From Batkoa obscura (taxonomy: Eukaryota): a stretch of DNA of 64,000 bases. Numbering within the stretch: position 1 is the stretch's first letter; the number at the start of each line of letters is the position of its first letter. The stretch spans positions 930,001-994,000 of the forward strand of contig JASVEC010000017.1 of assembly GCA_030770535.1 (NCBI GenBank), read 5' to 3'. The notes beneath the pieces were generated by a model that was not told where the DNA came from, ran no database searches, and saw only the letters and a program-made list of their open reading frames with translations. Shown piece by piece: positions 1 through 11,677 of the stretch. Position numbers and translations under genes: made by a program.

Positions 1-330
1 TCTTGCTATAAAGTCATCATACTCTTCATTAGATAAAGATTCGAGATCTAAATGATCTTCAGTAAAGGGGGTAATATAAGGACGAAAACTTTGATTCAAG
101 TTGTTAGATAGATAAGAGTCATTTAAGGTAGCGTAGCGACGAGAGTTGTTTGGGCTATAATCTTGATAATATGTTAAATTGTGTTGATTATAATATTGAT
201 GAGGAGGGTTATTAGGATTATTATAAGAACTTTGTTGGGAATTTATAAAGGTGCTTAACCCAAATTGACCACTATGGAGATTAGAGGCAGTCTTTTGTGG
301 TAAGCTACGAACAATTGGTCTGAAAAACAT
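1..330 (-). CDS. 5' part of a hypothetical protein running off the window edge; N-terminus resembles a mitochondrial targeting peptide
   Basis: ATG at 330 opens a frame with no stop through position 1: MFFRPIVRSLPQKTASNLHSGQFGLST...LSNEEYDDFIAR. The start is Arg/Ser-rich and lacks acidic residues. CCAAT (~409) and a TATA-like TATA(T/G)AG lie upstream. Confidence 0.6.
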   Translation of the reverse strand, partial: MFFRPIVRSLPQKTASNLHSGQFGLSTFINSQQSSYNNPNNPPHQYYNQHNLTYYQDYSPNNSRRYATLNDSYLSNNLNQSFRPYITPFTEDHLDLESLSNEEYDDFIAR

Positions 331-1618
331 TACCAATTGACTGTTATATTTTTGATTTTTTATAATAAATAAAAGGAAATATCGTTTCTATATAGAAGCC
401 TAAATCAGCCAATAAGTTATAGGAATTTACTCCAAATCCTTAGAGCGCTGCGCGTTTCGGGACAAAGGCGTCGGGATTGAAATTATGGGATAAACATTCT
501 TTTTATATTAACGAATAAATAACATAGATTACTAGTAGGATTGGTATTTAAGTATGTTTTACAACTCTAGAATTTTATAATTAAGAACACAAATTAAAAT
601 TGAAAAACTGTACAATTTTTAACCAATCATACTCAATTCTCTCTTAATCTAATTAAAGAAATCTATAGGTTCTCCAACTTTCCAGTAAGCCCGCTATCCA
701 TCGTAGCTAGTTTTCTGATTTCATAATCGAATTTAATCTGATAATATTAAAGGTGAGTCATGCTAATAAGCAATTTGATTCAACTAAAATCGGTTTTTAA
801 TAAATTTATTTATACAAATTTGGTAAGTCACTTTTTAAGTTTAGAAAAAGTTAAAAATAAATTTATTAAATCACAAATTATCTCTATCGGCTTTCGAATT
901 GATTATTAATTTTCAATAAAAGAAAATTAATTAAAAAAATTTAAATTTTAAGATAGGAACCGGATATTAGGCTAATACCCCATCAGATAGTACTTTACTT
1001 CTTTTATTAGTTTGCAAAATCATAGCAATTAGCAATTCAAATGTTTGTATTATGTTTTTACTCTTTGATATTTAAACTATAAGTTTATATTTAACGATCT
1101 TTTAGTTAATGAGATAATTTTAACAGCACCATTTTAATTTTTAATTTATACTTTTCAGTTACCCATATGATTAAATGTAGTTTTTTTACTCCAAGACTAT
1201 ACCTTTTTGAAAAATGTTTAAAATACCGAGATAGAACATCCACAAGCAAAAATTTAACAAAATGCTAAAAATTTATAGTGTTTTAATAACTAGCCTAGCT
1301 GTTATAATCACTTGTGATAGTTATAAAGTCTAAAGCTATCAACAAAGAGTTTAAACAAATAAAGTTGTTATTACTTATCAAATTCAAACATATTTTTTTA
1401 CTTAAACAATGTACACCGTTTTTTAAAATGTATAAAACTCTGACGATTAGCAATTGCAAGCAAAAAACTTAACAAAAATTTAATAAAGCCAAATATGTAT
1501 ATTTTTGAAAACACTGTATATACCTATAAAGATACTATGTACTACTTTCAGGTGTACTTGTATTATTTTCATTTCATTTTTTTATTTTTTTGAATGCTAG
1601 TATTAGACAATATATGGG

Positions 1619-2184
1619 TGTGAAAGTTGGTACTCAGTGGTAGGAGTTAAAAGCAGTTCTTGGTTGATTAACTTGCCTTGAGTCGAATGGTCTTAGTTTA
1701 TGTAACTAAGATAGACTTAAATGAATAACAATAATACGTAATAAGCTACGAACTATGTAAAACAAATAGAATAGAAGATACTACTGTAAAATCTACGTAA
1801 GATATTGTCAGAAAGACTTGGTGACTTTATTAATAGTACGATATGGGGGTGTTTTTTTTGGCTTCATTATTTTTTCCATCTTTTAAGCGCTATTTGAGCG
1901 GAAAAATTGTTAGTAAAATTCTTAAACAAAAAAGACATCTCCATATCAGGGAGTAATTCAGTTAAAAAGCCTCAAGTTATCATGTTGAAGGATCTCTTTT
2001 ATACTCCAATAAGTATGGATATTAAAACGAGAAGATAATATTCTTTGCAATATGAAGTTAGAAATTCTCACAGGAAATCAAAATAAGGAACTCTGACTTG
2101 ATTGTGTTTGAACTTAAGAACACAGCAACTTGAGTGATTGTTGTGTTATAATCGATCCGAGAGCTGATAAAGCAATATTTCACA
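1619..2184 (+). mobile_element. Solo-LTR-like unit, copy 1, with a MITE insertion and two internal deletions relative to copy 2
   Basis: Begins TGTGAAAG and ends TTTCACA (TG...CA with a 7-bp inverted repeat). Aligns end to end with the reverse complement of 3820-4368. Flanks ATGGG/CTTGG do not form a clean TSD. Confidence 0.7.
1845..1942 (+). mobile_element. ~98-bp MITE, copy 1, nested in LTR-like copy 1
   Basis: GGGGGTGT...ACATCTCC flanked by ATAT/ATAT. The homologous position in LTR-like copy 2 has a single GATATC (empty site). Confidence 0.9.
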
Positions 2185-2189
2185 CTTGG

Positions 2190-3727
2190 TTACTAATTAT
2201 TGAAACTTTTAAATTTTCTGTTATCTTTCCAAGATAAGCTGGGGTTAATCTTTTAATTTTTCTATTTTCTATAGACTCTATAACTTTAATTAGAATTATA
2301 TTACTTTTTTTTATCTATCAGATACTAGATAACAGTGTAGTTTACTATCACGTTTAATAAAATATAAATACTTCTTGATATCTTGTATTTATATTTATTT
2401 TTTTTCGTTTCTTTCATACTTTTTAAAAATTATATTTGTTTTCCTATTATTAACAGTTGAGTTATTAATTCTATTATGTTCATAAATAAAAATCTCAAAT
2501 TTTGAAATTAATTGATCAGTATGGGGATGTATTTTTGTGTTTAAGAATTTTACTAAAAAGTTTTCCGCTCAAATAGCGCTTAAAAATGAAAAAAATAATG
2601 AAGCCAAAAAAACACCCCCATATTAATTTTTGTAAACTTTTTAAATAAAAGCTCTTTAGATATTAAATCAATCAAACAATCTCTTGCATATGCTGGATCG
2701 TGATTTAATATTTCAGATAAATAACCAAAATGAACTTTGCCTATTCTTCTATGATTTTTAAATACAAGACGCTAAACCATAATACTGATATAGCTTGTTT
2801 ATTATAATGATCTAAATTTATTGGATCTGGTCTTGTTCCTATTTCCATATTTTGTTTAAAGTCTAAAATTATTATATAAATTTTATTATTTAGTTTTTTA
2901 ATAGTTTCATTAAATATATTTTTTTGAGTGTTGACACAAAATTCATGTAATTTATACAACCTTTTTTCTTTATTAAAAGATTCCTCTATCTCTGCTTTAT
3001 TTTTTGTCGCTGTATTTATTTTATTTTCAAATAACTTTTTTCTAACTGTATACTGGACACATATATTATATAATCTGTTTTTCTTGCTGGATTTTTAAAA
3101 CTATTTGGTATATATTTAAAGAATGTTGACCTAGCTACTGCTTTATCTTTTAAATCATTAAAATATTTACTATATATCATTCTTCTACTTTTATTTAATA
3201 TATATATGTTATCTGACGAATATTTATTATCATTATTTTTTTTATTAAATCTTGATGAAGTAGTTAAATTATTAAGTAAATATTGTATAATAATTTTAAT
3301 TTGCTCATCTTTAATTTTTTTGTATTTTTAATAATAGGTTATAACGTTGATATTATATTATTATTAATTATTTTTGAATAATCATATTGATTTCTACTTA
3401 TCTTAAATCCAAAACTCTTACATTCATCAAAAGAATATACTGAAGCTATAGTTGATAATAATGCTACTTGTTGGTTTTTATTTCCTGTTTCCATTAAAGC
3501 ACTGATTTTATACATTGCTTGATTAAGTTTGTTATTATCGATAGTAAACTTTAATAACTTCTCTTTTCTTTTTTTTTTCTTTTATTATAAAATTCCATAA
3601 ACTCTGGGTTATTGTGAATAGTTGTTAAAATTGATGTAAATGAGTTACAATGTTTATATAATGTGCTTCTCCCTATTGTATTAAAATTTTTAAAAATTCC
3701 ATTTCGAAGTTTAGTTAAAGCCTGCAT
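2190..3727 (-). pseudogene. Decayed DNA-transposon transposase, Sola-like (probably Sola2)
   Basis: Frameshifted minus-strand fragments from ATG 3727: MQALTKLRNG..., LLSTIASVYSFDECKSFGFKISRNQYDYS, IYSKYF...VARSTFFKYIPNSFKNPARKTDYNNMCPV, LHEFCVNTQKNIFNETIKKL...IIILDFKQNMEIG...DHYNKQAISVL, YLSEILNHDPAYARDCL...KINI. The STF.K..P..F....KTD..C and DF.(E/Q)N motifs recall Sola transposases. Several stops and frameshifts. Confidence 0.6.
2523..2619 (-). mobile_element. ~98-bp MITE, copy 2, inside the transposase pseudogene
   Basis: GGGGATGT...ACACCCCC; flanks GTAT/ATAT (mismatched). Confidence 0.9.
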
Positions 3728-3819
3728 TTTGTTTTTATTTTAATAAAAAATAAAGTCAAATAAGTATATATTTATATACTATATACCTATTAAACATTCA
3801 ATAAAAAAACACAAAACAT

Positions 3820-4368
3820 TGTGAAATATCGCTTCATCAGCTCTATGGTTGATTATTGCATAATAATCACTTAACTTGTTTACAAAACTAGTTGTAGCCT
3901 TGTAATCTATTTGACCGTGATTCATGTGGTACAATCAACTCGAAGTTCCGTATTTTGATTTGCTGTGAGAATTCCTACTATTTAACCATGAAGAACTTAC
4001 TGTCCACGTTTTAATGTCCATATTTGGTAACGATAATAAGGAACAATTGCTATCATGTTCCTTATATATAGCCACCCAGTTGGAGTATAAAAGAGATTCT
4101 TTAACATACTAACTCGAGGCTTTTTAACTGAATTATTCCCTGATATCATACCATTAATAAAGTCACTAAGTCTTTCTGACAATATCTTACATAGATTTTA
4201 CAGTAGTATCTTCTATTCTATTTGTTTTACATAGTTCGTAGCTTATTACGTAGTATCCCTATTAATTTAAGTCTATCTTAGTTACATAAACTAAGACCTT
4301 TCGACTTACGGCCAGTTAATTAAGCTAGAACTACCTTTAACTCCAATCACTGAGCACCAACTTTCACA
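3820..4368 (-). mobile_element. Solo-LTR-like unit, copy 2 (549 bp, more complete), inverted relative to copy 1
   Basis: TGTGAAA...TTTCACA termini; near-identical 5-bp flanks AACAT/AAGAT; TATATAA box on the minus strand at ~4062-4070. Confidence 0.75.
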
Positions 4369-4523
4369 AAGATATAATTAAAAAAATAAAATAAACAAAA
4401 TAAGTCTTAAGTTAAATTTTTTAAATTTAGTTAATCATATATTAAAGACTTACAAATTTAGAAACAAAATTTGGATTGATTTCTAATTAAATTCTGAAAC
4501 CAATTCGGACATCCCCATAATAT

Positions 4524-4618
4524 TAGGGTGTTTTTTTGGTTTCATCGCCTTTTCCATTTTTTAAGTGTTTTTAAATAGAAAAAATATAGCAATTTTTTTG
4601 GATAAAAAAGGTATCACT
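4524..4618 (+). mobile_element. ~98-bp MITE, copy 3 (degenerate)
   Basis: TAGGGTGTTTTTTTGGTTTCATC...TTCCATTTTTTAAGTG aligns with the other copies; flanks ATAT/ATAC. Confidence 0.7.
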
Positions 4619-5423
4619 ATACAGGTTAATTTTATGTTGGGAATTGGTTTATATAATTTAATTGTTTTGTAAATTAAATGCTGTTAAATGATTAATAGAA
4701 CCTTAATTGTTTAGTAACATTTAATTTATAAAACAATCAATTTATATAAATTAATCCACAGCATAAAATTAATAACTTATATTTTAAAATAATCAACTTC
4801 TCAAAATAAAAACTATATTAAAATTGTATCAAAATTAAATAATAAACTTCTATGAAACACTATAAATATAATAGACGTGATTCTTTTCAGTCCTACCATA
4901 AATGTTACACTTTATTATTTACTTTTAATATATATAAAAATAAAAATAAAAATGCAATTTTATGATAGCGTTGAAGCAATTTAATATACATTGTAACTTT
5001 TAAAAGAACACCTTTAAGAATAATAGTTTATCCGGGATTTTTGTTTTAAACAGTTTATATCATTAAAAATTCACTACATAAAACTTTTATAAATGCTTCA
5101 TAAATATGAAACAAGAAGTTAAATTTTATTGCTATCTAAAAGAGTAGGGCATCAAACATTGTAGATAAAATAACAAGTAGTTGAATATCTTATTAAAAAC
5201 AAATTTAATATTTTAAAATTTCTGCAAAAAAATACTAAAAAATAGTATGAAGAATAAGGTAAACATGACGTAAACTAAAATGGTAGAAACTAGCCAATAA
5301 AGGGGATGGAAAGGGGTATGGTGAGTTGATTGAAGATAAGATAGGACGTGATTGGCTATGCAAAATAGAATTTATAGCCTCGAAATCCAGTACTTTTACA
5401 CAAACTATCTTTTAGAAATAAAA

Positions 5424-6558
5424 ATGTCCGTACACTATTCTGATATCACCAAAGGAGTCAATGATCTCTTTACCAAGGATTTCCCAATCTCTACCGCCAA
5501 ACTTGAATTTAAAACTGTAGCTAGTAATGGAGTAGTAAGTTTTATTGTATACGCCTGATAACTATTTTTAAGCAGAATTAGGTTTTCACTGTCAATGGAA
5601 ATCAAACCCCTAAATATGGAATTATTAATTCTGAACTTAAAATGCAATTCAATGATTATAAGAATGGTACAGTTTATTTATTGACTATTTAATTAGCTGA
5701 TTGACTAAAAATTTAGGGCTTAACATCACCAATACCTTAAACACTGCTAATGTGCTTGGTCTCAAAGTAGAGCTTAATAACAAAATTTTAGACGGTTTAA
5801 AAGTTGAATTAAACAATCGTTTAACACCTTCTACTAAGTAATTGTGATAGTAATTTTTCAAAGTCTAAAATAACATTTTTTCCAGTGAACTCAGCTCACA
5901 AGTTACTGTTTCTCATAAAACCCATCAATACCATAACCGTCTCTTTGCTGATCTCCTTAACGGACCTATTTTCAACGCTGATGGTGTATATATGTAATAC
6001 TTTTTAACAATATGTAATTTGTTAATATTTTTATAGTCATAACGGATATATCTTTGGCGGTGAAGCCGGATATAACTTAAAGACTGGTTTTGTATCAAAA
6101 TACAATGCTACTGTAGGTTACGCTACTCCAGAATACGCTGTCACTATACAAAGGTGTTTTTTTTCTAATTTAAGCTGAATTTTTATTAATATTTTCTTTA
6201 GTAACAAGACATTAAATGAATTCACTGCTGGCTTCCTCCATCGTACTAGCTTAACCACTGAAGCCGGTGCTCGTGTTCACTACAATGTACAATCAGAAAA
6301 ACCAGTAGGTATTGAAGTTGGTGCTAAACATATTGTTGATAAAAACACAGCAATAAAAGTAAGTTTTTTTAAATGCTAATAATATCATTAAATTATATCT
6401 CTATTTAGGCTAAAATTGATACTGCTGGTCAACTTGGGCTTTCTCTTACTCAAATCCTTAGACCTGGTGTAAAAGCTGTTTTTGGGGCTTCGGTTAACAC
6501 CTCTAAGCTCTCTGAAGATGCCCACAAGTTTGGATTTAGCTTAACAATTGAAAATTAA
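5424..6558 (+). CDS. POR1: Voltage-dependent anion channel (mitochondrial porin), ~7 exons
   Basis: N-terminus MSVHYSDITKGVNDLFTKDF; C-terminal exons IEVGAKHIVD, AKIDTAGQLGLSLTQILRPGVKAVFGASVNTSKLSEDAHKFGFSLTIEN*. Six short GT-AG introns. Confidence 0.95.
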
Positions 6559-6943
6559 AGTCAACCTTTTAATTTATTTATATTTGTTCAATTTAAACTT
6601 TACAATTTAAATTTAATAACGAGCTTCAATGGTATAGTAAAAAAGCTTTAAATATTTCTATGTTGTATACAGATAGTACCTTGCTTCGATTATACCTACT
6701 TTATGAATTTTTAACTTAGTTACTTGTATTTAAATAAAAATAATTTTTAAATTTCAAATCTAAAAATGCTATTAATTTTCATCACTATTTTTAAGGTTAA
6801 AGTTTTGTTTATTTAATATTAAGTTATTGTAAGCACTTAAAGTTAATTAAGTCAAACCATTGAATATTAGATGACTTAATTTGATTTTTGTATTAATTTA
6901 AATAACTAAAATTTTGAAGCAATTAAAAATCAAAAAGTAATAT

Positions 6944-7041
6944 GAGGGTGTTTTTTTTGGTTTCATTATTTTTTCCATTTTTAAGCGCTATTCAAGTGGA
7001 AAGATTGTTAGTAAAATTCTTAAACAAAAAAATACGTCCCC
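6944..7041 (+). mobile_element. ~98-bp MITE, copy 4
   Basis: GAGGGTGT...ACGTCCCC flanked by ATAT/ATAT; lies between the convergent porin and condensin genes. Confidence 0.9.
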
Positions 7042-7140
7042 ATATAGAAACACCTAAGTTATAAATTCAGATTTTAATCTATCTAGTAATCTTAAAATAA
7101 TTTTATATGAGCTCAAAATTTAATTTAATAAGGTTGAAGT

Positions 7141-9841
7141 TTATTCCATGTACTCCTCTTCCCCTTGCTCTTCCTTTACCTCCTCTTTTTTAATAATAAG
7201 TTCTTTCATATCAGAATCTGCTTCAATTTCCAAATTATGCTCATTGGCTAAATGAAGAAGACATATAAAACAAAATGGAACAGATAAATCTTTAGCCTTC
7301 TTTTTTGGGTATGCCAAGGGTAGATCTTTAACAACTTTGGAGAATGCTAAACTGTTTATAGGCTTAGATATAGTATCTGGGATTTCATCTTTGTCCTCAT
7401 CAATTTTATCCAAAATATTCTTGCTATCAATCTGACCTTCATCATTCTATAAAGTATTAGACAAATTCAAATTAAAAAACTATGTCTTACAATAATCTTC
7501 CAAATGTTATCTTTAAGCAGCTTAACATCCACTCTTTTTGCAGTTCTGGCGTAATCAATTTTTAAAGCTTGTATACGCTTTAGCTCTGGTAAAGTTTGAG
7601 CACCAATATTTAAATTTGCTTCATCTCGTAATTCTTCATTTAAACTAGCAAAGGAGTCATCCCTTCCTTGTAATCCATCGAGAATGTTGTGATCTTTAAA
7701 CTTTACTATTTATCATTTGTAAACTTATTATATTGATACCTTCAATTTCAGTTGGATGCTCTGAACCAAAATCCATCATAGGACCAGGAGTGCCATGATC
7801 TTCATAACCATCAAGATTTATATGACTTCCGTTGTCTTCAGGTATAACTATATATATTTAATAAAATTAAGTTTACTTAAAAAACAACTAACCAATATAA
7901 GACTCATTCCCTGAACTCTTATTGTCAACTAATTTCTTAGGTTTTAGCTAAAATAAATCAGAACAAAATAAAATAAAATAAAATAAAATAGCTACCGTAA
8001 AAGTAGGCTTTGTGAACAAACTAAAGAATGTTTTAGAATTGAGCTGCAAATCTTCAGGTAAAGTGTTTGATCCTGAATTTTTATCATAAAGTTTTCGAGA
8101 AAGGGTTGAACCTTTTCCAGAATCAAAAAAATCATCAATGTTAATCGGGTCTACATGCTCTTGGAAATTAAACTCAAATTCTACTTTTTCAATTTTGGGC
8201 TTCTTCTCCTGAGTAGTTGGCTCTTTATTGGCTAATAAAGTCAATTACAGTAATTTTATGATAAATTCTAACTTACTTTTTGCTTCTCTTTTTAGTCTCC
8301 AATGCTCTGGACCTGCCCAATTTTTCATAACACGCTGATCAAAATAAGAATAGATATTATCTGATTCGGCAAGAAGTGTAATCCCTGGTTTTTCAATTTC
8401 CTCTTCTTGATTTTCTTCCTTAATTTTATCATCTGTAACCAGCTCTCCTTCGTCAAAAGCACCATTTTGCTTAGCAAAAGTCATCATAGTTATATCGTGA
8501 AAAAGTTCATTTTGCTCCATAAAAAAGCTATCTTGCTCTTCATTTTCGATCTCATTGTCAGAGTTTTCAGGATAGTCATCATAATTGGGCAGCTCAAGAG
8601 CGGTATTGGAGTTATAATCGAAATTTTTTAGATCTGGGCAAATATCTTTTGACATCAAGTTTTCATCATCGAATTCTTGGCCTAAATCTATATTAGTTTT
8701 AGTCCATTTAATTATATCTTAAGTACCAAAAAGACCACTTAAACAAAGTAGCTTTTTTTCATTAGGAGGTTGTAAGATTTCTACTTTAGGTTCTGAGCCT
8801 TCAGTTAAACAATCACTAGCATCAAAGATAAGTCTTCCATCTCCTTGGATACTTAAATGGTTTAATAAGAGACCTCTTGCACCACCCTCATCAAAATCGG
8901 CACAAGTTTTTCTAAATAGAGGATCAACACTAAATTCTGAGTCGAAGCTTTTAACATTAATTGAAGAAAAATCTTTTACTAGAGTCTGCTCTGATTTCAC
9001 AGTCTTTGAAATTTAGATATGTTAAATATTTTCCAAATAATTTACCTTTTTTTTCCCTGTTTCACCACCACCTTCGAGCTCTTGCTCAATTTGTTTAATA
9101 CGTTTAGCTAAAATTGATGAATGATTTTAAAATATGTAAATATAACTGAAATACCAGTGCTTTCAGCTAATCCATTTAAAAGTATTCCAGTTTCAGAAGC
9201 AACAGAGTCAACACGAGATGTATAGATTTTTACACAGCCATCAAGAGTACAAGAAGCCTTTTGGAAATTAATTGAATTACCATCCTTGAAATAATTAATT
9301 TTCGAGAAATAATCGATAAGCTCAAAATTCCATGTATTCGTAGTATTAATTTTCTAATAACATTTTAACATTCTATCGTTTCAATTTCAATAAAAAATAC
9401 ATTATCTGCAGCTATTTTCATCCACTGCTCATATCTTTTGTTGATTTCTTCCGGGGATAAATTAGTAAACACTGGGAGAGGGGCTTCGTTGGCAGAATTA
9501 ACCTCGTTTTGTTTATTTTTATGTGCTTGAGGTAATAATATAGGCCTTTTATTTTTTTCTTTTTTAAATTCTAAAGCCTGCTTCCTTCTGTTACGCTTCT
9601 CATTTTCATCATCATTATTTGACAGTATAAATGATAGTTCTTGTGATGTATCATGGAGTAATCGATTGTTTTTTTCATATCTATCATCAGTATTTGAAAC
9701 GGCAAGAGACATATCATGGTCGCTAAATTTTGAACTACTATTGTTGTAAAGCTTGCTTGTTTTACTTGCGGGTGATTCAGCTAACTCTTCACCTTCCCTA
9801 CGTGTTACTACACTTGAGAATGACTTATTTCCATAGCCCAT
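7141..9841 (-). CDS. BRN1: Condensin I kleisin subunit (Brn1/Cnd2/CAP-H), multi-exon
   Basis: YEQWMKIAADN-KINTTNTWNFELIDYF, INFQKASCTLDGCVKIYTSRVDSVASET, DPLFRKTCADFDEGGARGLLLNHL, NWAGPEHW, YARTAKRVDVKLLKDNIW, LSVPFCFICLLHLANEHNL. ATG at 9841 (the ORF track starts at an upstream TTG). Confidence 0.95.
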
Positions 9842-10963
9842 TTTCAAAATACTTTAAGTTCAAATAAATAAAGAATTGTTGGAATTATTTTTAGTAAATT
9901 ATACAGTTTCTTTGTTTTTTATAGATTTGTTTACGCAAAAATATAAAATCCCTTAGTCTATTTGTGAATATTTGCATTTCATACATTGGATATTATTCAA
10001 AGTTGGGCTTGCTTAGATATTTATATAGGCTTATCATGAGTTGAAGTAACCCAATGTTTAAAGGAATTCAAATTTAATTAAATAAAATGTATTTTATTTT
10101 ATATAAACATTATAACTTTTAATTTCAAAATAAGAATAATAAATGGCTACTTTTTTATACATAAAAACAATTTAAGAACATTCTTAAAAGTATATACAAG
10201 TCGAACAACTAAAATATATATGAAAGCAATAAGTAGTTACCCACAACAAAAAATGAATAGTAAATGGAATATAATTAAAGCAACTTTATCTTTTTTTTGG
10301 ATTACACGTCACTACAGCAATGTAGCTCATTTAAGGTAGTAAAATTTTAAAGAATCACAGAATATGTAAAAGGTAAAGATGAGTTCGAGTGGAAATTTTG
10401 AAGTGCAAACAAAGGGTATCTGAGGACCCTAATCTAGAGTCGAAAGATCTATGTTTTGAGAATGTGGATGTTTAATATGATAAAAAACACAGAGGAGTTT
10501 TTCTAGCCAAAATCCCATTTTACTATATTAGTTATATATCTATAAGGATATTGAGGTCGTTCTTTTATAAAGAAGGTTGTGAAATGTGCAATAAACTACC
10601 GATATGGTGCAGGGGGTAGCATGAGCCAAAGTTATTTATCTATCTTGGAAAATAAGGCATGTACAAAGCTGAAAAGCTATGCTCACATAAAGCAATGACT
10701 GTGGGGTTGGAGGGATAAGAGACACATTATTTTTAAGTATTGCATAACCGGGAAGGTTGTAAGCATGTGTTTGTGTGTACCTGCTTGGAGTGAACAAAAT
10801 AGAGAGCTATAAGAAGAATACTATTAATACGTTTTGCTGTTTTGATTCCATTTAATGGCTTTGGACAATTTAAATATGAAAATATTATTATATTCACAAT
10901 GATGTTTTTTTTGATACTATAATTGGTTTAATCACAGTATTTAGTTTATTAGCATATAAATTT

Positions 10964-11060
10964 GGGAAGTATTTTTTTGTTTAAGAATTTTACTAACAAT
11001 CTTTCCGCTCAAATAGCGCTTAAAGAATGGAAAAAATAATCAAACCAAAAAAACATCCTC
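10964..11060 (-). mobile_element. ~98-bp MITE, copy 5
   Basis: GGGAAGT...ACATCCTC flanked by a non-palindromic direct duplication ATTT/ATTT. Confidence 0.9.
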
Positions 11061-11486
11061 ATTTATTAATTAAAGCAATTAGTAATTAAGTAGCAGATAT
11101 CTTTCTATACTAATAAACAATATTAAAAATTAAAGTAATTACAAAATCGAAACTTTGAATACGTTGTTAACTGAGTATTAATTCGCATATTGTTGAGTTT
11201 ATAATATACAATTTTTCACTAATCCTATGTTAAAATTTACTTACAGCTTGCATATAATACTAGTTTTTGATAGATTTTAAGATAAATAAATTGTAGTTCT
11301 TTTTGTGTATAATTTTAATATGATATGAATCAAATAATAACATTATTAATCATTGTCAATATATTTGATTTGTCTGAAAGAGTTATTAAACTTGTTGTCT
11401 AAATAGTACAGCAAAAAGCGCAATATTAATAAAGTTTACTTTTTCAAAAATAGGGTATACTTTTACAATCAATTTATATAGCATAT

Positions 11487-11585
11487 AGGGATATATTTTT
11501 ATGTTTAAGAATTTTACTAACAGGTTTTCTGCTCAAATAGTGCTTAAAAGATAGAAAAAGTGATGAAGCCAAAAAAAACACCCCT
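11487..11585 (-). mobile_element. ~98-bp MITE, copy 6
   Basis: AGGGATAT...ACACCCCT flanked by ATAT/ATAT. Confidence 0.9.
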
Positions 11586-11589
11586 ATAT

Positions 11590-11677
11590 GATATCTTTTT
11601 TTAAGAAATTCATTGACACTTTCTCTGCTCAATAGTGCTTAAAAAATGGAAAAAATAATGAAATCAAAAAATATCTC
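11590..11677 (-). mobile_element. MITE copy 7 (degenerate, truncated), directly after copy 6
   Basis: TTAAGAAATT...CTGCTCAATAGTGCTTAAAAAATGGAAAAAATAATGAAATCAAAAAATATCTC aligns with the family. Confidence 0.75.

Noticed and set aside
1200..1490. Degenerate ~70-bp direct repeat (1201-1270 vs 1414-1488)
   Set aside because: Low identity in AT-rich sequence with no defined ends; cannot be assigned.
3997..4182. 61-aa ORF MSERLSDF...
   Set aside because: Lies inside the LTR-like unit, has a non-ATG start, and is disrupted in the paralogous copy.
10598..10660. tRNA D-arm-like stretch CCGATATGGTGCAGGGGGTAGCAT
   Set aside because: No T-arm (GTTCRA) or pairing acceptor stem downstream; no cloverleaf could be built.
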